Source of the DNA: Candidatus Poribacteria bacterium | GTDB taxonomy: Bacteria; Poribacteria; WGA-4E; WGA-3G | Assembly: GCA_012270875.1 (NCBI GenBank) | Contig: JAAXHI010000558.1 | Coordinates: forward strand, 1,952-58,580 | Reading direction: 5' to 3' | Length of the DNA stretch: 56,629 bases | In this document: positions 36,517 to 44,827 of the stretch, one piece after another | How the letters are laid out: the number at the start of each line of letters is the position of its first letter | Position numbering within the stretch: the first letter of the stretch is position 1 | The notes under the pieces: generated by a model | What the model was told of the DNA's origin: nothing | The model's input: only the letters and a program-made list of their open reading frames with translations | Database searches by the model: none | Translations under genes and position numbers: made by a program

Positions 36517-37557
36517 GTGAATTTAAAAGATACTTTTGCACAACTTCAAGGCAAACAGGTAATGATCATCGGTGATGTCATCGTGGACGAATACATCTGG
36601 GGAGATGTGAACCGAATTTCGCCTGAAGCCCCTGTACCTGTGTTTGAAATCGAGACAGAAGAAACCGGATGCGGCGGCGCAGCGAATGTCGCACAAAATG
36701 TCGCAAGTTTGGGCGGCAACGCAATCCCGGTCGGAGTCATTGGAAAGGACAGAGGCGGCGAAAAGTTAGTCCAAATGCTAACCGAGATGAATATAGTTAC
36801 CACAGGGATCTGTACAGACACCCAGCGACCCACAAGCACAAAAACACGTGTAATCGCGGGTGCTTCTGCTACGACACTTGTAGATCGCGATCATAATTCG
36901 GCACATCACCTGCTTCGCATTGACAGGGAATCCAAACAGGAAATCTCTATTCGGATACGGGAACATCTATTAGAAACTATTGTTTCTCAGTTACCAGCAA
37001 GCGATGCCATTATCTTCGCAGATTACGATAAAGGCGTAATCAATGCCCAACTCATCAGAGACGTGATGAAACACGCCCAACCTTACGATCTACCGATTGT
37101 CGTCGATCCAAAGCGAAATAACTTCTGGCACTATAAAGGCGTAACCGCCATTACACCAAATCACAAGGAAGCAGGCACCGCTGTTCACGAAGAAATTACG
37201 GATGTCCCTCAACTGCTCGCCGTCGGTGAGAAAATTTTAAACCGATTATCGCTCAAGGCGTTGTTAATCACGCGCGAGGCGAACGGAATGGCACTGTTCC
37301 AACGCAAAACTGATGGCAACCTGCACGTAGAGGATTTACCACCACATAGCAGCGTCGTAACAGATGTGACGGGTGCCGGAGATACTGCCGTCGCGGTTTT
37401 CACGCTCGCGCTTGCAGCGAATGCCGATTTTCATAGTGCTGCAGTCTTGTCGAATCTCGCTGGCGGGATTGTCGTTGGAAAAGTAGGGTGCGCAACGGTT
37501 ACACCGAAAGAACTGTTGAACGCAATTGAAACAGAAACATCTGTCTCTGGATTGTAG
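36517..37557 (+). CDS. hldA: D-glycero-beta-D-manno-heptose-7-phosphate kinase (RfaE domain I, PfkB family; kinase domain only)
   Basis: 346 aa with a GTG start. It has 'IIGDVIVDEYIWGDVNRISPEAPVPV' and the C-terminal 'DVTGAGDT'. Confidence 0.85.
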   Translation: MNLKDTFAQLQGKQVMIIGDVIVDEYIWGDVNRISPEAPVPVFEIETEETGCGGAANVAQNVASLGGNAIPVGVIGKDRGGEKLVQMLTEMNIVTTGICTDTQRPTSTKTRVIAGASATTLVDRDHNSAHHLLRIDRESKQEISIRIREHLLETIVSQLPASDAIIFADYDKGVINAQLIRDVMKHAQPYDLPIVVDPKRNNFWHYKGVTAITPNHKEAGTAVHEEITDVPQLLAVGEKILNRLSLKALLITREANGMALFQRKTDGNLHVEDLPPHSSVVTDVTGAGDTAVAVFTLALAANADFHSAAVLSNLAGGIVVGKVGCATVTPKELLNAIETETSVSGL

Positions 37558-37568
37558 GAAACCGAGAA

Positions 37569-38168
37569 ATGAAAACTATCTTTCTCGATCGAGATGGTGT
37601 CATCAACCGAAATCCGCCGAATATGGGATATGTCCGGAGATGGTCCGAATTTAACTTTATCCCAAATGCGCGAAAAGCGATTCGAGAACTCACCGAAAAC
37701 GGTTATCGGATTGTTGTGGTAACCAATCAAGCAGGAATTGGGAGAGGACTTTTCTCGGAGGAAAATCTGAAGGATATTCACTCCCGAATGGTTTCCGAAA
37801 TTACGGAAACAGGCGGCAGAATTGATGCCGTCTATTACTGTCCACACCACCCTGATGCTGGATGCGAGTGCCGAAAGCCGAAACCGGGTATGTTAATACG
37901 CGCAGCGCGTGAGCATCACATCGAACTATCAAAGGCATATCTGATCGGCGACTCCGTCACAGATATTGAGGCAGGACAACGCGCTGGAACCAAAACGTTG
38001 CTCGTTTTAACGGGACATGGACAGGAGAGTTATCACCATTATATTAATACCAAACCTTGTGGGCGCGCCGATAAAAACGGACCCTGCCCCGAAAAAATTT
38101 TCACCAACCTCTATACGGCAACACGCTGGCTCAAAAACAATGAAAAGAATGAAAAACCGAAATTGTAG
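37569..38168 (+). CDS. gmhB: D-glycero-D-manno-heptose-1,7-bisphosphate phosphatase (HAD family)
   Basis: 199 aa. It has 'FLDRDGVIN', 'VVTNQAGIGRG', the Zn loop 'CPHHPDAGCECRKPKPGM' and 'IGDSVTDIEAG'. Confidence 0.88.
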   Translation: MKTIFLDRDGVINRNPPNMGYVRRWSEFNFIPNARKAIRELTENGYRIVVVTNQAGIGRGLFSEENLKDIHSRMVSEITETGGRIDAVYYCPHHPDAGCECRKPKPGMLIRAAREHHIELSKAYLIGDSVTDIEAGQRAGTKTLLVLTGHGQESYHHYINTKPCGRADKNGPCPEKIFTNLYTATRWLKNNEKNEKPKL

Positions 38169-38169
38169 T

Positions 38170-38300
38170 CCGTAGCGTAGTAGAGGGGTGTTTTTGATAG
38201 GGTATTTCTGCGTATTGCTTAGGTATTTCTTCAGTTCTACGGGGAAGACTGCCACATCTCCAACGCACCTAACCGAACTGCAAGGAAAATTAAAAGAATG
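38170..38300. repeat. Mosaic intergenic repeat: a 'aggggtgtttttgatagggtatttct' block plus the RBS/start module shared with 31540-31610
   Basis: 38184-38209 resembles 55190-55215 (21/26 matches). 38233-38309 aligns with 31540-31616, including the ATG and the next three codons. Confidence 0.7.
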
Positions 38301-39623
38301 ATTCTTGAAAAAATAGAAACCCGGACGGCTCATGCTGGTGTTATCGGACTCGGTTATGTTGGCTTACCGCTTATCGTTGCCATTGCAAGCGCGGGTTTCC
38401 GAGTTACAGGTATTGATATCTGTTCGGAAAAAATTGAGAGACTCAAACAGGGCATCTCAGATGTACCAGATGTGCCAGATGCAGTACTCGCACCTTTGAT
38501 TACGTCCGGACAGATTCAGATAACAACAAACTCCGATGTGCTTCAGGAATTGGACACGGTCAATATCTGTGTGCCGACACCGCTGCGTGAGAACCGAACG
38601 CCGGATATGCAGTTTATCGTCGCTGCAGTGGAACAAGTCGCTCAACACCTTCATTCCGAACAACTGATTGTCCTCGAAAGTACGACTTATCCCGGCACAA
38701 CTGAAGAATTTGTGATGCCAATGCTCACTGACCCGCCGAACAAAGATACCGCTGCCCAAACTTTAGAAGTAGGACGCGATTTCTACCTCGCCTTCTCACC
38801 CGAACGCATCGAACCCGGAAATAGCACCTATTATATGACAAACACCCCGAAGATTATCGGAGGCGTTACACCGCATTGCACGCACGTTGCGGAAACCTTT
38901 TACGCACAGTTCATCAATAAAACACACACAGTATCTTCACCTCGAACGGCAGAAATGGTGAAGCTGCTGGAAAACACGTTTAGGAGTGTCAATATCGGGC
39001 TAATCAACGAGGTTGCCCTGATCTGTGACCGGATGGATTTGGATGTGTGGGAAATTGTTGACGCTGCTGCGACAAAACCGTTCGGATTCATGCCTTTTTA
39101 TCCAGGTCCCGGACCCGGCGGTCATTGCATCCCAGTTGATCCGCATTACCTCTCTTGGAAAGCACAGAAGTATCAATACCATGCCCGATTCATCGAACTC
39201 GCCAGCGAAATTAACAATGAGATGCCCAAGTATGTCTTAGACAAAATTAGCCACGCCTTGAACCTTCAGCGAAAACCCCTTAATGGGTCGAAACTATTAA
39301 TCTTAGGGGTCGCATATAAAAAGGACATCGGAGATACCCGTGAATCGCCCGCGCTTGAGGTAATTCGTTTAATTCTTGACAAAAAAGCAGAATTTGTATA
39401 TCATGACCCGTACGTAGAAAATCTGTCTCTTGATGGCAGAAAAATTTATCAGTCAGAACCCCTGACAGTCAATTTAGTAGAAAGCACCGATTGCGTTGTA
39501 ATCTTGACAGATCACGGGGCTATAGACTACGATTGGCTCGTCAAACATGCTCAAATAATAGTCGATACGCGCAACGCAACACGCGATGTGCAGAAGGGAC
39601 AGGAGAGAATTATCAAAATTTAA
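38298..39623 (+). CDS. Nucleotide-sugar dehydrogenase (UDP-N-acetyl-hexosamine / UDP-glucose dehydrogenase family)
   Basis: 441 aa. The NAD fold is 'VIGLGYVGLPL'. The catalytic Cys region is 'GPGPGGHCIPVDP'. 'LGVAYKKDIGDTRESPA' is also present. Confidence 0.88.
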   Translation: MILEKIETRTAHAGVIGLGYVGLPLIVAIASAGFRVTGIDICSEKIERLKQGISDVPDVPDAVLAPLITSGQIQITTNSDVLQELDTVNICVPTPLRENRTPDMQFIVAAVEQVAQHLHSEQLIVLESTTYPGTTEEFVMPMLTDPPNKDTAAQTLEVGRDFYLAFSPERIEPGNSTYYMTNTPKIIGGVTPHCTHVAETFYAQFINKTHTVSSPRTAEMVKLLENTFRSVNIGLINEVALICDRMDLDVWEIVDAAATKPFGFMPFYPGPGPGGHCIPVDPHYLSWKAQKYQYHARFIELASEINNEMPKYVLDKISHALNLQRKPLNGSKLLILGVAYKKDIGDTRESPALEVIRLILDKKAEFVYHDPYVENLSLDGRKIYQSEPLTVNLVESTDCVVILTDHGAIDYDWLVKHAQIIVDTRNATRDVQKGQERIIKI

Positions 39624-39649
39624 TCTTATCATATTTTCGGAGCATAATA

Positions 39650-41275
39650 ATGTCATACCCAAATTTAAAATTGCAAATACAGCGAGACCAACTGACGTGG
39701 TTCTTAGATTTACTTTTAAATGAAAGAGAAATTTTCCAGTTGAGTGCCTCTATCGGTATCATCCCTGATGTTGACAGGCTCTACGCCTTGTCAAAGCGAG
39801 AGTTATTGGTAAATTTAACCGACGCGTTTTTAGGGACAGTTGCCCCCAAAAAAGCTGCCCTCGAAAATGGTGAAACCCACATATCCAAACCCGGAATCAA
39901 CAACGGCGAAACTTCAGTCGAAGAATTAGCCAGCGAATTTCTTACCGAGAAAGCACATGCCGCAATCTCTCGGGTCGGATATATGGAGGTTTCAGAAATC
40001 GAAACGTTTTTTAAAACATCCGATATCCTTATCGAAGCAGGCGACTTCGGCGAAGTTGTATGGGCACTCCTTACCGACCAACGCACTGCAGTCGTCGAAC
40101 ACGGTTACAGACTTCTCAATACAACGTACGAATCCGTAGAAGTCGCGCACACAAATGGATACGAAGACCTCCAAAGCAGCGAACAGTTGGAAAAAATTGG
40201 ATCTCAAGACGCTTACAATTTAGAAGACACAGATCAACAACCGCAGAATTCTACCTCCGAAATTGAGCAACTTGAGCAACAATTAGCAAACTCGAAAGCA
40301 GACTATGTCTCGCTTGAACAGAAGCACAGTCGGTTAGACCAACAGCGCGCTTTCCTTTTAGAAGAAAATAAAGGATTGAAGACGCAAGCTGAAGACTATC
40401 ACGACAACGAAAAACGACGCAAGGAACTTGAACAAGAAAACCTTACACTCCGAGAACAGGTAACGCAATATACCGAAAACGCCACTACGGTACAGCAACT
40501 GACTGACGAACGCGATCTCCTGCTTGTAGAAAAGGAACGGTTAATAGAACAGTTGCAAGAATACGAACAGATCAAGGCAGCGAAAGAGACATTCACTACC
40601 GACCTCAACTTAGTTGAAGAGGCAATCTACAAAGGATACCAAGGACTTGAAGAGTTTCAGACTAACTTACATAACCATTTCGATGCCTTGGAAAGTTCTC
40701 ATCAAGCCGCGCGCGGCGCACTGAACCAGATTCGCCAAACCCTCGCTTATTTAGATACACAGCAACTCAGCGAAGGCGAAGATGCCTATCCGATGACCGC
40801 CGAGCAACCTCGCGTTGGGGTCTTCGTTGATGTCCAGAACATGTTTTACGCTGCCAAAGATCGCTACGGAAGAAGAGTCGATTACATCAAACTGCTTGAT
40901 CTGATCGTCGGTCCGCGCTACCTTATGGGTGCTTATGCTTACGTTGTTCAGATACCAGAAATCGACCAGGCCCCCTTCCTATCTCTTCTTGAACACAACG
41001 GATATACCATTAAGAGCAAAGACCTACGTCTGCGCGGTGATGGTTCCGCAAAGGGGGATTGGGATGTCGGTATCGCTGTGGATGTCGTCTCAATGCTCGG
41101 TTCATTGGATGTCGTCATCTTAGCAAGCGGCGATGGCGATTTCTGTCCGCTCGCTGAACTCATCAAGCAACAGAACAAACGCGTGGAGGTCGTCGCTTTT
41201 GAACACAACACCTCCATGGACCTACAACAGATCGCAGACCAGTTCTTCCCAATTGGAGATGAGTTGCTCATATAA
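39650..41275 (+). CDS. Coiled-coil protein with a C-terminal NYN (LabA/DUF88-like) ribonuclease domain
   Basis: Track ORF 39491..41275 is trimmed to the ATG at 39650, because the upstream part overlaps the dehydrogenase gene. The central region is Glu/Gln/Leu-rich heptad-like sequence. The C-terminus has 'VGVFVDVQNMFYAAKD' and 'VVILASGDGDFCPLAELIKQQNKRVEVVAF'. Confidence 0.72.
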   Translation: MSYPNLKLQIQRDQLTWFLDLLLNEREIFQLSASIGIIPDVDRLYALSKRELLVNLTDAFLGTVAPKKAALENGETHISKPGINNGETSVEELASEFLTEKAHAAISRVGYMEVSEIETFFKTSDILIEAGDFGEVVWALLTDQRTAVVEHGYRLLNTTYESVEVAHTNGYEDLQSSEQLEKIGSQDAYNLEDTDQQPQNSTSEIEQLEQQLANSKADYVSLEQKHSRLDQQRAFLLEENKGLKTQAEDYHDNEKRRKELEQENLTLREQVTQYTENATTVQQLTDERDLLLVEKERLIEQLQEYEQIKAAKETFTTDLNLVEEAIYKGYQGLEEFQTNLHNHFDALESSHQAARGALNQIRQTLAYLDTQQLSEGEDAYPMTAEQPRVGVFVDVQNMFYAAKDRYGRRVDYIKLLDLIVGPRYLMGAYAYVVQIPEIDQAPFLSLLEHNGYTIKSKDLRLRGDGSAKGDWDVGIAVDVVSMLGSLDVVILASGDGDFCPLAELIKQQNKRVEVVAFEHNTSMDLQQIADQFFPIGDELLI

Positions 41276-41314
41276 ACCGAAAGAAATGTAGCGAACTCAG
41301 TTGACATCTACAAG

Positions 41315-42838
41315 ATGATTTACCCGCTTCAGCGTATACGGAATGCTTTGGGTGAAAAAGGAGCGCGCGCGGGGTCCTCCAAAGACCTCTCAAACCTCAG
41401 TTCTTTCCCGCTATTCCGGATATGCCTCGTTCTCATTACCCTTTCTGTGCTTATCACAACAGACTTCGCAAGCGCAGAATGGTCATCTTTAGCAACACAA
41501 AACCTTCCATTATGCACAGCACAAAACGAACAACGCTTTCCTGTTCTCACCGCTGATGGACACGGGGGTGCTATCGTCGCGTGGAGCGATGCAAGACATG
41601 CGAATCGCGATATTTTCGCGCAACGCGTTAGTGCAACAGACGATATGCACTGGAACCCGGACGGTATCCCTATCTGTGATTTACCCTCATCGCAAAGCTG
41701 GCCCCTCATCGTTAGCGACACCGAGGGGGGCGCGATTCTCGTCTGGGGCGATACGCGACACGGCAATCAAGACAGTTACGCACAACGCATTGACGAAAAC
41801 GGCAACAAACTCTGGAACCCCGATGGTGTCCCTGTCTGCACACATCCAACCTTACAAGACGATGTGAACGCTACCGCCGACGGCAAAGGCGGCGTAATTG
41901 TCGTATGGGAAGATTGGCGAAACGGAAATCAGGATATCTATGCCCAAAGAATTGACAACACCGGGAAACCGCTATGGGAGGCAAACGGTGTCCCTGTTTA
42001 TAGCGGAGAAGGCGACCAATATGACCCCGTTTTAATCGCTGATGGACAAGGGGGCGCTATCTTCGCATGGTGGGATATCAGCACTCCAGATTGGGACATT
42101 TACGCACAACGGCTATCAGCGGATGGAAAACCTATGTGGAATACTGATGATGAGGCAGAAAACGCACCTATTCCAGTCTGCACAGCGCGCGGCAATCAAG
42201 GCGCGCCAGTCGTAGTCAACGATGAAAACGGCGGCGTGTTCTTCGTCTGGTCGGACTACCGAAATGACCCGAACTTTTATACAAGCGCACAGTTATATGC
42301 CCAGCACATAACTGCTAAAGGCGACGCGTTGTGGGAAAAGGATGGCATCCCTATCTGCAAACTGTGGGTCAATCAACAACAACCCGATTGCATTCCCGAT
42401 GGCAGCGGGGGCTTTATTGTTGCATGGTGGGACGAACGAAATATCTTCGCCGATATCTATGCACAACGTATCAATGCAGATGGCGATGCGTTGTGGAACG
42501 ACGAAAACTCAGATTTCCCAGAAGACGGGACACCTGTTTGTGTTGAGGCAGGTGTTCAACGGCTCCCGCGACTCGTGCCTACCGATGAGACGGGTGCTAT
42601 CGTCTATTGGCTGGATTATCGCGAAGACTTTGGCGATTCGACTGAAGATGCGATCTATGCACAACGACTTGATACTGACGGCAAACCGCTATGGGAAATT
42701 AATGGGATCCCTGTCTGCAGTGCACCGAAAGCACAAATCACCCCGCAAGCCATTGCCGCAAGCGTTAACGCCGCCATTGTCGTCTGGGGCGATGCCCGCG
42801 GTCAAGATGAAGACATCTACATCCAACGCATTCCATAA
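41315..42838 (+). CDS. Secreted repeat protein (~7.5 copies of a ~55-aa 'GGAIVxW.D.R....DIYAQRI...G..LW..DGVPVC' unit; probable beta-propeller)
   Basis: 507 aa with an N-terminal hydrophobic signal/anchor. The repeat periodicity is visible directly in the translation. Confidence 0.65.
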   Translation: MIYPLQRIRNALGEKGARAGSSKDLSNLSSFPLFRICLVLITLSVLITTDFASAEWSSLATQNLPLCTAQNEQRFPVLTADGHGGAIVAWSDARHANRDIFAQRVSATDDMHWNPDGIPICDLPSSQSWPLIVSDTEGGAILVWGDTRHGNQDSYAQRIDENGNKLWNPDGVPVCTHPTLQDDVNATADGKGGVIVVWEDWRNGNQDIYAQRIDNTGKPLWEANGVPVYSGEGDQYDPVLIADGQGGAIFAWWDISTPDWDIYAQRLSADGKPMWNTDDEAENAPIPVCTARGNQGAPVVVNDENGGVFFVWSDYRNDPNFYTSAQLYAQHITAKGDALWEKDGIPICKLWVNQQQPDCIPDGSGGFIVAWWDERNIFADIYAQRINADGDALWNDENSDFPEDGTPVCVEAGVQRLPRLVPTDETGAIVYWLDYREDFGDSTEDAIYAQRLDTDGKPLWEINGIPVCSAPKAQITPQAIAASVNAAIVVWGDARGQDEDIYIQRIP

Positions 42839-42849
42839 AAGGAGTTTTT

Positions 42850-44814
42850 ATGACAAAACGCACGCAGCATGCCCCCGCAAAACGGGCAATTATCGTCGGA
42901 ATGGACGGCGCAAGCATGGAACTCGTTAAGAATATGATTGACTGGGGACATGCCCCGAATATGGCGAAGCTGCTTCAAACGGGTGTCTATCGACCAATGA
43001 TTGGCGTATTTCCGACATTAACACCGCCCGGATGGACCGCACTCTCCACCGGTTCATGGCCCGGCACACATCAAGTGATGGATTTCAATATTCGGGCTGT
43101 AGGTGAACGTCTTGATAAAACGGTGTGGGGGATTAACACCGGCTTGTGCCAATCCGAGTATCTATGGAATCTCGTAGAGCGTGCGGGCGGAAAACCTATC
43201 TTGGTAAAATGGGAGATGTCTTGGCCCCCCACCGTCAAAACTGGCATCCAAGTCGAAGGTACAGGACCCGGGGTCTCCAACCACCATCAGGTTGCAGGGT
43301 ATCACCTCTTTGTCGCAGGAAAATGGGCACCGCGCCCTATCGGTGGGCAACGCGACCCAGAAACACTGGATCCGAGCGCATTACAAAAAGTGCGACATAT
43401 TGATCCCGTCACTATTCAACCGATTCAAGAGGCACAATGGAGTGCCTTACCTGATTCCGCAAAACCGGCGCAGGAGGTTGAACTTATCATCCAACCTTTG
43501 GCACGCGGTAGAGAAGATGTGATGCCATCGGTCTATTCCACAGCTGAAGCGTCCAACGAAACACGGATTCCAAAACCGTTTTATGGACTCATTTACGCCT
43601 CCGGTGATAACGGCTATGATCGGGTGCGGATCTGTCGAAGCCGTGCTGGAGATGACGCTGTTGCTGATCTCGGTGTCGGTGAATGGAGCGACTGGTGGTT
43701 GGACACGTTTGAAATTGATGGTGCTGAAGTAGAAGGGTATGTCCAGATGAAACTGGTCACACTCACGTCCACAGCCGACGCTTTTGAACTCTTTGTACCG
43801 CAAATCTGGCCCCGAAAGGGATATACGGTTCCCGATACAGTCGCCAAAACGATTGATACGGAAATCGGTTCGTTTCTGCAAAACCCTGCGCGCGATGCAC
43901 TCGGGCAAATGGACGATCACACCTATTTTGAACTCTTAGACTACCACCACCAACGCCTCGCCGATGTCGCAACCCATCTTGCAACGAACAACGATTGGGA
44001 TATCCTGATGGTAGAGAGCCACGCGCCAGACTATGCAAGCCACTTCTTCCTCAGTCAAGCCGACGAAATTAGCGGCGCAGCTCCCGAAACAATCCATCGC
44101 TGCCGTGAGGGGTTACGACACACTTACGAATCCGTTGATCGGATGATTGGACAGTTGATGGAACTCGCAGACGAAGATACCGTTGTTCTCGTCTGTTCCG
44201 ACCACGGCGGCACGCCAAATCAATTCCGCGCTATTGATATCGAACAGGTCTTGGAAGAGACAGGATTCATCGTTAGAGATGCAAATGGCGAAATAGACTG
44301 GACAAAAACACGTGCCGTCAATGTCGGTCTCGTACATATCTTCATTAACTTAGCAGGACGTGAACCCGATGGGATCGTCGCACCAGAGGACTATGAAGAG
44401 ACGCAACGCGAACTCATCGCAGCACTGCATACTTACAAGGATGAAAAAACCGGACGGCATCCGTTTACCTTAGCCGTCACACGTGCAGACGCTGAGATGT
44501 TCAACCTACACGGTGAGTTAGTCGGCGATGTCGTCTATGCGCTGCGTCCCGAATTTGACGGCGCGCACGGCAAGCAGTTGCCTTCCGTGAGTTTCGGGAT
44601 CGGCGGACAGCACTCTACATTTATCCTATCGGGTGCTGGTGTTCAGGAAGGCGTTGCGTTACAAGGACAGGTTCGCGTCGTAGATGTCGCACCGACGCTC
44701 TGCTACCTCTTGGGGCTGCCGATGCCTGATAAGGTAGAGGGTGGGGTCGTCTATGAGGCGTTAGCGGATCCGAACTGGCATTTGACCCAACTCGCTGCTC
44801 TGGATGAAAAGTGA
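42850..44814 (+). CDS. Alkaline-phosphatase-superfamily enzyme (type I phosphodiesterase / nucleotide pyrophosphatase family)
   Basis: 654 aa. It has 'IIVGMDGAS', the nucleophile region 'FPTLTPPGWTALSTGSWPGTH' and the metal site 'VCSDHGG'. Confidence 0.8.
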   Translation: MTKRTQHAPAKRAIIVGMDGASMELVKNMIDWGHAPNMAKLLQTGVYRPMIGVFPTLTPPGWTALSTGSWPGTHQVMDFNIRAVGERLDKTVWGINTGLCQSEYLWNLVERAGGKPILVKWEMSWPPTVKTGIQVEGTGPGVSNHHQVAGYHLFVAGKWAPRPIGGQRDPETLDPSALQKVRHIDPVTIQPIQEAQWSALPDSAKPAQEVELIIQPLARGREDVMPSVYSTAEASNETRIPKPFYGLIYASGDNGYDRVRICRSRAGDDAVADLGVGEWSDWWLDTFEIDGAEVEGYVQMKLVTLTSTADAFELFVPQIWPRKGYTVPDTVAKTIDTEIGSFLQNPARDALGQMDDHTYFELLDYHHQRLADVATHLATNNDWDILMVESHAPDYASHFFLSQADEISGAAPETIHRCREGLRHTYESVDRMIGQLMELADEDTVVLVCSDHGGTPNQFRAIDIEQVLEETGFIVRDANGEIDWTKTRAVNVGLVHIFINLAGREPDGIVAPEDYEETQRELIAALHTYKDEKTGRHPFTLAVTRADAEMFNLHGELVGDVVYALRPEFDGAHGKQLPSVSFGIGGQHSTFILSGAGVQEGVALQGQVRVVDVAPTLCYLLGLPMPDKVEGGVVYEALADPNWHLTQLAALDEK

Positions 44815-44827
44815 GTAGATGCGTGTT

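Noticed and set aside
39491-39649. Upstream extension of the NYN/coiled-coil ORF
   Set aside because: It overlaps the 3' end of the nucleotide-sugar dehydrogenase gene in another frame. The ATG at 39650 follows that gene's stop.
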